From the IMG/VR virus record IMGVR_UViG_3300015264_000030, positions 1 through 53,402 of that record: DNA of 53,402 nt; one strand, given 5' to 3'. This DNA is from a virus (Duplodnaviria; Caudoviricetes). This document shows, in pieces, positions 40,901-49,909 of this stretch. The notes under the pieces were generated by a model. That model saw only the letters and a program-made list of their open reading frames with translations. It did not search any database and was not told where the DNA came from. The translations under genes and the position numbers were made by a program. Within the stretch, counting starts at the first letter, position 1. The number at the start of each line of letters is the position of its first letter.

Positions 40901-41399
40901 TTCTGGTATTTATGAATCTCAGATTACTACTGAATACCGAATTCCATCATTCACTCAGGTTTTTGGGACGCCAGTAAATCAAACAGGTAACAACACTTCA
41001 TCATTTAAGTTTGTAAGCAATCCAGTTGATAATTTACTTGACCCAATTCTCGACCCATTAACCAATGAAGTCAAATCATTTATTACTGTTCTGGATGGTT
41101 CTGGAAATAGCATCATTAAGACGCCTCAAGATTATTATAACTATATCAAAAATTTGAATAATTACAATTTGACTGCGCCAATGAAAGAAGTCAATCTTAC
41201 TTTAGCTGGGCCTCCAAGACAATTTGGTGCGTTTGTCAATTATTTAACTCCTGCATCTGGATTACAGTCACTCACGTTAAGTGTATCTGATAATGGAGTA
41301 AAGACGGATTTGATTTTTGCAGACAGGCCAAAGATTCTTCCAAAGCCAGAATCGCTTTTGAACAAGATTGGAGCAAGAATCAAAGGAACATACAATTAA
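37971..41399 (+). CDS. Large tail tip/hub protein
   Basis: 1142 aa; GSLREVLQNWCSDLAYTFY is a hub-like segment; located in the tail module. Confidence 0.55.
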   Translation: MIQVLQGVSVMPRGGNNRFVSQNWPNSYAFGGWIYNVSTTLGFNEKPTEVTLNIILETSTFSQTAAKFDITQSDLHCDAGIGGFSNETWYDMNIEGFQLQNFLLYSYNFSIENGQKILNVTFKDYSIILDKIYIGLFKKQGYLMPHTVSSQLQLPIRCQDCEYTGAAITGTGFASRDINFGCYVGNNGNTVDLFSNTYYTSGNVFNVWQHNILNPALSGIVRNQFDLNGGYLIIGTESATEERCNSAPNINYSFIELISALRLNGIGFSGSFPSGTGDSDYVYRNNYNGSLREVLQNWCSDLAYTFYTSGRTFIGINLQNPIDISALTSIADPTSSIGQYFEINSSGSITSGGNSAILNFNSRTSLENTFIQAVVCDNSYPITEKQITKSVKKFVGISPLHPTALNQINSELVSDNNLYGTNFTRSGYEIPWFDSGFDAVGNSLYTDGYFANFARLDGRSYNDLDAAIALSNYDDTLRELFVAQRCLFNAWDIGGALFPQINWTPEQAGNGNTFWPLNNAYCRANFAALGLFPIMEITNSELKTNIIYDNFKNAEKDGIANINTDQRYFRVFLGYSYEDLKSDITTWEKNAARAMYKYGIVTQGPLTGQPFAPINQLDDISPTAGFYGASGLVYSRIENSFTPETNRYQDVKYAPYLDVMLYSGYVVTTGSTGIYYSGSNKYNPFVPPGFSDYAGRLPTGLWVSTLDNDWGTIQEAFQTSLAFNLSDPCAEQYTLDQGISQILTETDRTLQDWRLEYFKPIVNPDLSTISEIIQSDQFNFSGVVDEIWTTYTNTRLINKKECKKLNIIIIPDTLNHPNIQLTFSPQPVNANNPVVLRSYKQKLYEADLRKNTTETPSICSISLLDEMCRNVLSGASGFSQIFTPSLTSQQTGCVILEDKNNYLLEGFNTGVLFGKNSRTLDVAITKNPNRNIYPTFDENGDYYYADLNLGSLILDNVTVNASIIYPIQSFPNSIANYSGIYESQITTEYRIPSFTQVFGTPVNQTGNNTSSFKFVSNPVDNLLDPILDPLTNEVKSFITVLDGSGNSIIKTPQDYYNYIKNLNNYNLTAPMKEVNLTLAGPPRQFGAFVNYLTPASGLQSLTLSVSDNGVKTDLIFADRPKILPKPESLLNKIGARIKGTYN

Positions 41400-41401
41400 A
41401 A

Positions 41402-43288
41402 ATGCAGTTCACAGGAACAAGTTCGGTTCTTTTGCCTCAAGTCAGTCAGTTTGGTTTTTGTTTGACGGGGGTTAAGGTTTCAGATACGGGTGTCATCAAT
41501 TTTAAGTTTTTGGACACTGGGAGCGGCGCATTCTCTTTTTATTTTTCGGGTGGTTTAATTTCTTCTAATGCGCCCATTTGCACATACAATACTATTGAAT
41601 CAAATACAATTTCTGGATATTATCAAAGTGGGGTTTTGAGTTATTTGGTGAATGGAATCTTAGGGCAACAAAATGTGTCCTTTTCTAAATTGAAGAAGGT
41701 TACTGTTCAGGCTAATTCTTCAACTGTAATAGGTAATCTTTCTTTGAGTTCTAGTCAGATAAATTATTCTGTTGGATTTTCCCCAAATTATCAATGTTAT
41801 GGAAACTTAACTGGAACGATTGTCTCCGATATTCCATTTCCTATTTTAACACCTAATCTTTTCTTTTTTAATTCGCGTCAAAATCTGCTTGGTAATAATT
41901 ATACTGGCATCTCTATCCTTACTGGGAATAATTATTTATTATTTCCTGATATAGACCCATCACTATTTGAATATCAAGATAATTTCTATATTTCTCTACC
42001 AACCACATTTGGAAACATTGGAGGAAATTTTACTTCTTATCGTAGCGGCGTCATAAATCAATCAGTCGTATTATTTGCTCCCTCCAGTGGAAATATTTAT
42101 GCACAGACTTCCTTATTTGACGGAGAATGGAGCGGAAATCATTTCATTTATAGAGATAATCCTTTGACATACAATCTTGGATTTAATTATAGTAATTTTA
42201 CTTATAATGGTATTCCAAATAATTCTACTTTGAATATAAAATTCCAATCTCTTTCGCCTTTGAATGGGAGCGGTTATCAGGCCCAATATATTACTGGTTT
42301 TAATTTAGTTACTGGCGGTAGATATTCTTCCCCGCCGACGGTTCAGCTTTCGCAGTATTATTTTGTTACTGGTTTGCAAAATACATTACAAAGTTTCTTG
42401 TTTAGTTCTGGATGCACGGGTGCTTTGTCTGTAACTTTTACAGGTGGAACTCCCGTCTCTGATGCAAATGGCCGTCTTTATCTAAAGCCAGTCCGTTTGA
42501 GTGGAATTTACAATACTGGGATTGCTAATTTTATGATTGCAAGCGGTTATTCAGGGATTTCTAGCGGTCTTGGCTATCAATCCTCTCCAACCTTCATTTT
42601 AAGCACAGGAGGGGGCTGTTATAGCGTTCCTGATTTATCAGGGTATGAAACTCCACAATTCAGGTTCGCAAGCGGCTATGGGGCTGTATATGCTCAGGCC
42701 GCAGGGCTTGCGGGGTTAGTATTGACGAGTTTTGATGGGACAGGATACGCTGTTACTGGATTTGAGGTAACAAATATCGGATTTGGTTATTCCAACAGTT
42801 TTCCACCAAATATCTCTTTTCAAAGGATTTCGGGAGATTCTTTTACTGGAAATGCAAGTGGAAATTTTCTTTACAAGAGTTCGGGAACATACACTTTTGA
42901 CCAATTTTGGAAAATTGCTTATAATATCGGAACAGGTTTTACAAATTTGAACGATTACACTGGATACTATTCTGGTTCGTTGAATTTATATGGAAACGGA
43001 AATATCGGAATTCAGATTGGTTGTTCAAATCTTGACAATACGGCGGCAGTTTCGGGCTTGTTGATTATGAGTTTTTTGGCAGGTTCAACAACGATTACAC
43101 AACAACAAATTATTTACCAAACTAGAACATTCGATTTGAATACTGGGGCATTGCTGCCATTTTCTTCGCCAACAATTTCTCTAGTGCCTCTTTCAGATTT
43201 GACGTATATTTTGAATAATGACCCATCCGATATTCAATTTCAGGATATTTACAATGGCGGCATAGTAAGTAATATTATTTCATTTTAA
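41402..43288 (+). CDS. Virion structural protein with V..F.VTN.G.GY...P repeats
   Basis: ITGFNLVTGGRYSSPPTV, SSGLGYQSSPTF and VTGFEVTNIGFGYSNSFPP repeats, as seen in phage baseplate/virion proteins. Confidence 0.6.
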   Translation: MQFTGTSSVLLPQVSQFGFCLTGVKVSDTGVINFKFLDTGSGAFSFYFSGGLISSNAPICTYNTIESNTISGYYQSGVLSYLVNGILGQQNVSFSKLKKVTVQANSSTVIGNLSLSSSQINYSVGFSPNYQCYGNLTGTIVSDIPFPILTPNLFFFNSRQNLLGNNYTGISILTGNNYLLFPDIDPSLFEYQDNFYISLPTTFGNIGGNFTSYRSGVINQSVVLFAPSSGNIYAQTSLFDGEWSGNHFIYRDNPLTYNLGFNYSNFTYNGIPNNSTLNIKFQSLSPLNGSGYQAQYITGFNLVTGGRYSSPPTVQLSQYYFVTGLQNTLQSFLFSSGCTGALSVTFTGGTPVSDANGRLYLKPVRLSGIYNTGIANFMIASGYSGISSGLGYQSSPTFILSTGGGCYSVPDLSGYETPQFRFASGYGAVYAQAAGLAGLVLTSFDGTGYAVTGFEVTNIGFGYSNSFPPNISFQRISGDSFTGNASGNFLYKSSGTYTFDQFWKIAYNIGTGFTNLNDYTGYYSGSLNLYGNGNIGIQIGCSNLDNTAAVSGLLIMSFLAGSTTITQQQIIYQTRTFDLNTGALLPFSSPTISLVPLSDLTYILNNDPSDIQFQDIYNGGIVSNIISF

Positions 43289-43290
43289 TT

Positions 43291-44223
43291 ATGGCGACAC
43301 CTACATTGACATATATCCAGACAACGGACAAGAATCTTCAATCAAAGGATGCAGTATTCGATGCTACGGTTATTGCTAATTATGGCGACCCCGGACTTGC
43401 AGAAGATTATCATGCAGATATTCTAAGTAGATATGTAATTTGCAAATTGGAATCTTCAAATCGAACCCTAACTAGCGACAAATATAAAAATATGATTGTC
43501 GTTGTCAAAAGACCAGAACCATTATGGATAAATTATCAAGGGGGATTTCTTAATAATCCAGCCCTTCAACAGAGAGTTGACTTCAATCTAAATACCAATG
43601 TAGGGGGTTCGACGAATTATTCTGTAAATGCGATTCCCGAAATCAATTATCCATACCAATTAGGAGAAAAAATCAAAATCAAGTTAATAAAAGACGAAGG
43701 TTATTTTTACCTCTTAAATAGTGACCCATTCTTTTATTCTCAATGCAATGCTTGGAATCCGAACAGTTCCGCGATTGGTTATTATCGGGGCTGGCATAAT
43801 CAGGGATTAAATAGCAATTCCTATATTGTTGATAATAACGGTGTGAACGCATTGGAGGTAAAGACTATTTCTCCAACGTCAATATTCAATACTTATTATG
43901 CGATTACCCTTAATAAGATTCAATATGAGGCATTTTCTTTGACATTATTTCCAGATTTGGCATCAAATTTGGTTAGTTTATTCAATGGGACTTCTAATTT
44001 TGGATTTTATTACAGCGATAATGGTGGATATGCTTATCATAATCAGACCTCATTACAATTTAACTTTGTAAAATATGAGGATATGAATTTGGGGGGCAAA
44101 GCTCGAATTGCAAATACAAACTGTATGCCTTTGGTGGTAACTTCTCCAAACTCATTTACTACTCCGCAATCAAGGGCGGCTGGAACCGTCAACTATACTC
44201 CAACTTATATTACAAAATGTTAA
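43291..44223 (+). CDS. Hypothetical tail-associated protein
   Basis: 310-aa ORF ending the + strand operon; its stop overlaps the convergent gene's stop (TTAA). Confidence 0.6.
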   Translation: MATPTLTYIQTTDKNLQSKDAVFDATVIANYGDPGLAEDYHADILSRYVICKLESSNRTLTSDKYKNMIVVVKRPEPLWINYQGGFLNNPALQQRVDFNLNTNVGGSTNYSVNAIPEINYPYQLGEKIKIKLIKDEGYFYLLNSDPFFYSQCNAWNPNSSAIGYYRGWHNQGLNSNSYIVDNNGVNALEVKTISPTSIFNTYYAITLNKIQYEAFSLTLFPDLASNLVSLFNGTSNFGFYYSDNGGYAYHNQTSLQFNFVKYEDMNLGGKARIANTNCMPLVVTSPNSFTTPQSRAAGTVNYTPTYITKC

Positions 44224-44996
44224 ACCGTATCTGTCTTGGTTTTTTCTTTTGCTTTCTTGTTCATTCGTCCAACCAGTTCAAATTGCTTTTCTGAATCAAT
44301 ATCAGAGACACTTTTTAGTTTGTCGGCATTAGGATAATTTTCTTTGATAAGAATTGTTTTGATTTTTTCAAATGTGACTCCATATTTCGCCATCGCAGAA
44401 ATCATAGATTCAGTATTTGGGTCAACAGTATTTGAATTTGAACCGAGAGGATTTTGATTTATTTCTTCTTGAGAAACGATGTTGATTTTCAAGAAATTAC
44501 GAACCGAACGGACGAAGGCGCGATTTTCAGCAATCGGCCCAAGATAATTTTTTCCGAAGTTATTTGTATTGTCTGGACTTGCATCACCAATGGCACTAAA
44601 ACTTACTTCGCGTCCTTCTGTTTCAAAATTAGGAATCCAAGAAATTTTGCAGGAAACGATAACATAGTTTGATGTTGGAGATACGATTGAATACGTTACT
44701 GATTCATAGCCTCTTATTTGAGCAAGCTCTTTAATTCCCGGCAAAAGAATTAGCAAATCTCTGTCATCGAGGCCGGAAACGGATTCTGGAATCGGTCTGC
44801 CCTTCTTTTCAAAGTTAAATTTATTGATGGCAAGATGTTTTGGGTTAATCATCGTTCTCCAATCAATTAAACCTTCTGGTGTATAGGCGTATTTAACATT
44901 GCCATTATTGATTAAACCGTGTGAGTTGCGGGTGATTAGTTTTGGCGGAATTGAAGTATCAATTACCTCAAAAGCTTTTTCAGTAGTATCGCTCAT
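44220..44996 (-). CDS. Putative single-strand annealing protein (Rad52/RecT-like)
   Basis: GIKELAQIRG...VIVSCKI...SAIGDA...IAENRAFVRSVRNFL...SQEEI resembles the SSAP core. Confidence 0.6.
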   Translation of the reverse strand: MSDTTEKAFEVIDTSIPPKLITRNSHGLINNGNVKYAYTPEGLIDWRTMINPKHLAINKFNFEKKGRPIPESVSGLDDRDLLILLPGIKELAQIRGYESVTYSIVSPTSNYVIVSCKISWIPNFETEGREVSFSAIGDASPDNTNNFGKNYLGPIAENRAFVRSVRNFLKINIVSQEEINQNPLGSNSNTVDPNTESMISAMAKYGVTFEKIKTILIKENYPNADKLKSVSDIDSEKQFELVGRMNKKAKEKTKTDTV

Positions 44997-45002
44997 GTTT
45001 TA

Positions 45003-45031
45003 ATATTAAACCATTCTTCAGAAAAAGTCAA
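45003..45031 (-). promoter_or_regulatory. Sigma70-type promoter, likely leaderless
   Basis: TTGACT (45031-45026), 17 bp, TAATAT (45008-45003), 6 nt, ATG 44996. Confidence 0.75.
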
Positions 45032-45037
45032 GGACTT

Positions 45038-46222
45038 TTATTTCTTTTTGACAATGGTATAAAACTCGATTTCTTCCCAAAAACTAGGAGAATCAATGAC
45101 TTTTTGATATTCTTCGAGATTTTGAAGCGGAGTGTCTTTTTCGACAGCAGCTTGACTTGAATACATTTTATTCTTAGAAGCGGTTAATTTAGAAGAACGA
45201 TAATATAAATTAGAAGTATCTTTTCTCAAAGTTTCTACCATGTCTTTAGGGGATTCTTCAATTCGATTGATTATACCGTATTCATAATATTTGATTTTAA
45301 GTTCGTTAATTCTTTCTTGAGAAAGTGACGAAATCAAAATAAGTTTTACGCCAGTGGATTCCAATTCAGATAAGAAATCCTTATGGTCGTTCTCTGTTAT
45401 TTTGAAAGCGAGCATTTGAATATTTTGTTTGAATTGATGGATTATATTCAAATTTATTGGTTTATCTACGACGATAATGGATTTTCTATATTGAGCTAAA
45501 AGATGAAATAAATCTTCTTCTTTCATATCTGGCTTATCCGCTCGAATTTCTACCAATAATTCAGGATTAAAAATCAAATTTCGATGGTCTGGAATACATT
45601 CCTGAATCATAAAACTAGAATATTTTTTGCCAAAGAAAAGTGAATCAAATGGAATTTTATAATCAATATTTAATAATTTCAAAATCGCAGAGGCTATTTC
45701 CTCTGGCTTAATCATATTGATTGTCTTGGGATTTTCGTCATTAGAGAATGATGGTTTTTTCTGTTCGGTTCTATCGTAAGACGAAATAAAAATCTGTTTT
45801 TCTGGCGACCCAAAGTAAGGTCTGTCGCATCCAATAAAATTATTCGTGAAAATGCTTACGAATGGAATGTCAAATCCGCCAGCCAAGTGAGTTGGAAAAC
45901 CATCGGAACCAAAATGTAGTATTGAGTTTTGAATTATGTAAGCAACTTGATTAAGGTTTGCCGCCCCTTTTGCGTTAATACAATTAGAGAAATTTCTATC
46001 TTTTTGTCCACCAATTTGAACTATGCGAATTCCAGCCTCTTGCAATGGAAGCGAAATCATATTGATTACATCTTGAAGATAATCATAATTTTTTGCTGTT
46101 CCTTGGCTATCAGAATGAAAGGTGATATACTTCTCAATGGGGAGAGGGAAAAATGAAGTATAAATATACGGTTTTCCGATTTTTGCTCCACAATTTGCTG
46201 CGTATGTTTCTAAAGGGTGCAT
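45038..46222 (-). CDS. GT9 (heptosyltransferase-like) C-terminal domain protein with additional C-terminal domain
   Basis: YITFH..KNYDY, IVQIGG and LNQVAYIIQNSILHFGSDGFPTHLAGGFDIPFVSIF match the GT9 nucleotide-binding half. Confidence 0.75.
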   Translation of the reverse strand: MHPLETYAANCGAKIGKPYIYTSFFPLPIEKYITFHSDSQGTAKNYDYLQDVINMISLPLQEAGIRIVQIGGQKDRNFSNCINAKGAANLNQVAYIIQNSILHFGSDGFPTHLAGGFDIPFVSIFTNNFIGCDRPYFGSPEKQIFISSYDRTEQKKPSFSNDENPKTINMIKPEEIASAILKLLNIDYKIPFDSLFFGKKYSSFMIQECIPDHRNLIFNPELLVEIRADKPDMKEEDLFHLLAQYRKSIIVVDKPINLNIIHQFKQNIQMLAFKITENDHKDFLSELESTGVKLILISSLSQERINELKIKYYEYGIINRIEESPKDMVETLRKDTSNLYYRSSKLTASKNKMYSSQAAVEKDTPLQNLEEYQKVIDSPSFWEEIEFYTIVKKK

Positions 46223-46225
46223 TTA

Positions 46226-48154
46226 TTATTGAAATTTCAAATCGCTTTTATCTTCGCTATTATGTGTGTATGTCCAAATTCTCTGAGTATTAACGTGGGG
46301 TAAATATGCAATATTAAAATATCCTTTATGGTCTGATTTCCCTTCAAGCCATAAAATATTATCCATAATTTGATTATATTGAATCCATTTGTCAACGAAT
46401 GGATTTCCGTCTAGGATACTGCGATATTGTGGCTGGGTTGCCACATAAAGTGTGTATTCGGGATAACGCTTTTTGATTGATTCAAATAAGCTGGTAATCG
46501 AATAAATATCTTTTTCATGTTCGGGCATAACAACAAGGACTCTGCCTTTATCATTTTGATTTAAGAAATCTTCAAATTTTACTCCACCAGCCTTTTGTTC
46601 CTCGATTGTCTTAAAAGCAACTTGACGAAAATATTGTTCAATTTGTTGACGAGGCAATTCTTTATTGATTCGTGCCATCCAATGTTTATGTCCTTCATCA
46701 TCTTTATCCACCTCTTTTCTTCCAAGGATTTTGTGATATAATTGCGTAATCCATTCTGAATCATCTGTTATTTCTGGCATTGCATAATACGGGTCTGGAT
46801 TAACTTTAACCGGCTCAAAAATAGAATAATCTTCGACTTTCGGTGATTTATCAATAAAGTCTTCCAAATATTTCCCAATAACTTCAATAGAAAAATTATC
46901 AATGACCCATTGACGGGACTTCTTTCCCATTTCTTTTCTTGTTTCGGGCTTCATTGCGAGGACTTTATTCAACTGCTTGCAAATTGAATTTGGATAGGTG
47001 CTTGCCTTAATAAACATCGTATCTGGTTCGCGGTATTCGCTCCAATCAAGGGGCAAAGAACCGGCTCCATCTTCACAAGAATCTTCTCCGCAACTATAAT
47101 TTGTCACCAATGTAATTAACTCCGTCAATTTTGCTTCTTGAATCGGAATTTCCTGACCACCGGAAGTAAATGGATGACAATAAACATCCATCAAATTATA
47201 AACTTCATTTAATTGCGATTCATTGACTCCAAATCCCGGCGATGTTGTAACTTGACTATTCTTGCCTTTGCAGTATGGACAATCTTCTTCGTGATTTGTG
47301 AAATTTTTGATTTGATATTTCCTACAATTACGACAAACATAAGTGGTAATAATATCAGAAATGGATATTTCGTGTTCTTCGCAGAGTTTTTTTATATTCC
47401 AGCCTTCGTTCCAATGGGTATGTAGAAGAAGTTTAGTCTTCAATGATGGATTATTCTGCTTGAACATCTTGAATCCCTTGATAAGATTTGGAACACTTTT
47501 GCGTAATTGATTGCGAAATACAAAGCCAATTACAAAGGTATCTGGGGTGATGCCATATTTTTGTCTTAAAATTTCTCTTTTTGATTTTTTAATCTTAAAG
47601 AAATTCTTGGTATCCAGTGAACCCCTGACTGTTTTGACGTGTTTATGACCCTGTGTATGCAAAGCCTTTGTAGCAAAATCGGCCCAACTCCAGAAATTCT
47701 TTGATTTCTTCGCTGCTAAAACGGCCTTATCGAGAATTGGCAAAGAATCAAGGGTCGTCCATAACGCGCATCCGATTTTATCAAACCAAGGGCGTTGTAG
47801 AGCATAGTCAATTCCACAAATATCTTGAATCGCAATATAAACATCAGGTTTAATTTCCGCAATAGCTTCGTCAATAGCAAACATTCCATATCCAGCCATT
47901 CTTGAAAGTCCATCCCAATTTTTTGGGTCATTTTGGTTGCGGAGAGCTTCAATTTTTTGTGGTTGAATTGTCCCGATGGTCTTCCACGGAGTTCTGCTCA
48001 ATTCTGGACTTCCAGCCATAGAACCTACTGCAAGATTGATAAGTTCATATTTATTTGTATTGTGCAAATACTCAAAAATATTACGAGCATTTTTACCAAA
48101 ACCCGTCATTGCCAACGGGAAGTCGGTATGAATCAGAACCTTTTTCTTTACCAT
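46226..48154 (-). CDS. Multidomain glycosyltransferase: GT4 + Zn ribbon + DUF4214-like + GT9 N-terminal-like domain
   Basis: TGFGKNA, FVFRNQLRK, LNEVYNLMDVYCHPFTSGGQEIPIQEA (GT4); CRNC..CPYC; LYHKILGR..D.EG..HW; RVLVVMP...D...TSLFESIKKRYP....VAT...ILDGNPFVD. Probable start ATG 48154. Confidence 0.85.
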   Translation of the reverse strand: MVKKKVLIHTDFPLAMTGFGKNARNIFEYLHNTNKYELINLAVGSMAGSPELSRTPWKTIGTIQPQKIEALRNQNDPKNWDGLSRMAGYGMFAIDEAIAEIKPDVYIAIQDICGIDYALQRPWFDKIGCALWTTLDSLPILDKAVLAAKKSKNFWSWADFATKALHTQGHKHVKTVRGSLDTKNFFKIKKSKREILRQKYGITPDTFVIGFVFRNQLRKSVPNLIKGFKMFKQNNPSLKTKLLLHTHWNEGWNIKKLCEEHEISISDIITTYVCRNCRKYQIKNFTNHEEDCPYCKGKNSQVTTSPGFGVNESQLNEVYNLMDVYCHPFTSGGQEIPIQEAKLTELITLVTNYSCGEDSCEDGAGSLPLDWSEYREPDTMFIKASTYPNSICKQLNKVLAMKPETRKEMGKKSRQWVIDNFSIEVIGKYLEDFIDKSPKVEDYSIFEPVKVNPDPYYAMPEITDDSEWITQLYHKILGRKEVDKDDEGHKHWMARINKELPRQQIEQYFRQVAFKTIEEQKAGGVKFEDFLNQNDKGRVLVVMPEHEKDIYSITSLFESIKKRYPEYTLYVATQPQYRSILDGNPFVDKWIQYNQIMDNILWLEGKSDHKGYFNIAYLPHVNTQRIWTYTHNSEDKSDLKFQ

Positions 48155-48155
48155 A

Positions 48156-48656
48156 TTAAATTGCATCTGAGGACACTGCGCCTCTGGTGAATTGCGATTG
48201 AAGTGCGAAGATAAGATATTCCCTAATTAAACGTCCTTCGGGAAAAGTGATTCCAAGATATAAACTATTTTTTGAAGTGGAGTCTTGCTTGTCAGCGATT
48301 GAAATACTGAAAGAGAAACCCCTTTGAGTTGGTTTGCTAACGTCATCGTTAGATTTATTCATCCAAGGTTCAAATTTAATTGTCTTGATAGATTTGTCGC
48401 TATCGTGAACTGTTGAAAATGGCCTATTTCTATCTAAACAATCAAGAATCGCTGCTACCTCGACTTGGCCTAATTTGATATTAACGTGCTTTGTCGGGTC
48501 ATTACGACTATCCTTGAATGAACCAACGGATTTTTCTGCATCCCAACCAGCTTGTTTAATTAGAGTTGCGAAAATCGTCCCGTCTTTGTCGGATTGGGAG
48601 AAGGAGCAGGCAAAACCAGTGTTGTTTTTGTTGGGATGATAAATGTGGATTGGCAT
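48156..48656 (-). CDS. Putative ssDNA-binding protein, Whirly/PC4-like
   Basis: Two beta-sheet+helix units: NIKLGQVEVAAIL...HD...KTIKFEP...GFSFSISI...LGITFPEGRLIREYL. Confidence 0.5.
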   Translation of the reverse strand: MPIHIYHPNKNNTGFACSFSQSDKDGTIFATLIKQAGWDAEKSVGSFKDSRNDPTKHVNIKLGQVEVAAILDCLDRNRPFSTVHDSDKSIKTIKFEPWMNKSNDDVSKPTQRGFSFSISIADKQDSTSKNSLYLGITFPEGRLIREYLIFALQSQFTRGAVSSDAI

Positions 48657-48660
48657 AATA

Positions 48661-49146
48661 TTAGTCGTTGATTTTCGGTTCGTAACGTGTAAAATTTTCA
48701 GGACTTGGATTTCTTTTTTGACTGACTTCTTTTTCTTGAGAAGTCATTGATTTGATTGCTTTGCCAATTAAACGGCGAGTATCAAAATCATGCGCCGCAA
48801 CTACTTCGCCAGTTTCTTTGAGTTTTCCTTGTGGCTGAACGGTAACATCAACACATCCATTTATATGCAAACAAAGTGCAGAAGCGATTCCGGCAAAGCC
48901 ACTGGCGGAATCTTCGACTTCTGTTCCAAGAACTTCAAGTGGCAATTCTGGTTCTGGAATGATTTCTCCACCTTGTAGGCGTGTCTCGACGCACCAAAAT
49001 CTTTTTACTGGCGAACCGTCTTTGGGATTAAGGCCGCGTGGTTGGAATAAGTAATACTTATTTTGATTCATCTCAATTTGAAGTTGAGTAATCATTCCCG
49101 ATAATCCAGTCACCACATCCGTTACTTTGCTTCCAAGTTTAATCAT
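48661..49146 (-). CDS. Hypothetical protein with tandem duplicated small beta-barrel domain
   Basis: LGSKVTDVVTGLSG...QP...ETRL and LGTEVEDSASGFAG...QP...TRRL. Confidence 0.7.
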   Translation of the reverse strand: MIKLGSKVTDVVTGLSGMITQLQIEMNQNKYYLFQPRGLNPKDGSPVKRFWCVETRLQGGEIIPEPELPLEVLGTEVEDSASGFAGIASALCLHINGCVDVTVQPQGKLKETGEVVAAHDFDTRRLIGKAIKSMTSQEKEVSQKRNPSPENFTRYEPKIND

Positions 49147-49157
49147 AATGTTTGTTT

Positions 49158-49166
49158 ATTATACCA
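49158..49166 (-). promoter_or_regulatory. Extended -10 promoter (TGnTATAAT) for the minus-strand island
   Basis: TGGTATAAT, 11 nt upstream of ATG 49146; no good -35. Confidence 0.55.
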
Positions 49167-49202
49167 AATTAGAGTTAATTTATAGGAAAAAGTTCAAAAT
49201 TT

Positions 49203-49209
49203 GTGTAAT
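49203..49209 (+). promoter_or_regulatory. GTGTAAT candidate late-promoter motif
   Basis: 10 nt before in-frame TTG 49220. Confidence 0.55.
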
Positions 49210-49219
49210 AATATACAGA

Positions 49220-49909
49220 TTGAAAAAGAAATACATAAAATGGACTCCCGAAGAAGAAGAAGCAATCAATGAACACTACGAAAAAGATGGAGCAGAATTC
49301 TGTGCTAAAATATTAAATAGACCACAAAAACACATTGTTACGAAAGCTTTTCATTTGGGGAAAAAATTCAATTATGGTCTGAATGGTGGCCTTAAAAAGT
49401 GCAAAAAGTGTCTAAATGACAAACCGCTAGAACAGTTTCCGAAAAATAAAAAAATAAAATCTGGATTGGATTCTTGGTGTAAGGATTGTCACAAAGCAAT
49501 CAACCATATTAAATACTTTAATAATCGTGAAAAAATTTGGAGACAGCAGTTAGATAGAAAAAGAAAGAACCCTAATTTAAGGATTTTGCAAGTTTTAAGA
49601 ACGAGAAATCATGCTGCCATGCAGGGCAGAACGAAAGACGAAACAACCAAGATTTTGTTAGGATGTGATTTAGACTTTTTTTGGAATTATTTAGAAAAAA
49701 AATTCAAAAGTGGTATGACCAAAGAAAACTATGGAAAAATTTGGGTCATTGACCATATTACTCCTTGCCGAGCGTTTAATTTAATTGAACCTTTGGAACA
49801 ACGTAAGTGTTTTCACTATTCCAATCTTCAACCTTTGTTTAAGCAAGAAAATGAATCCAAAGGAGATTTATTGCCAGATGGAACTAGAGCGAGGTTATTA
49901 AAAGTGTAA
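49220..49909 (+). CDS. HNH homing endonuclease
   Basis: KWTPEEE Myb-like N-terminus, CKKC..WCKDC zinc ribbon, WVIDHITP...FHYSNLQPL...NESKG; probable start TTG 49220. Confidence 0.85.
   Translation: MKKKYIKWTPEEEEAINEHYEKDGAEFCAKILNRPQKHIVTKAFHLGKKFNYGLNGGLKKCKKCLNDKPLEQFPKNKKIKSGLDSWCKDCHKAINHIKYFNNREKIWRQQLDRKRKNPNLRILQVLRTRNHAAMQGRTKDETTKILLGCDLDFFWNYLEKKFKSGMTKENYGKIWVIDHITPCRAFNLIEPLEQRKCFHYSNLQPLFKQENESKGDLLPDGTRARLLKV

Noticed and set aside
46220-46228. Readthrough fusing the GT4 and GT9-like ORFs
   Set aside because: Two consecutive TAA codons followed by a clean ATG favour real termination and re-initiation.
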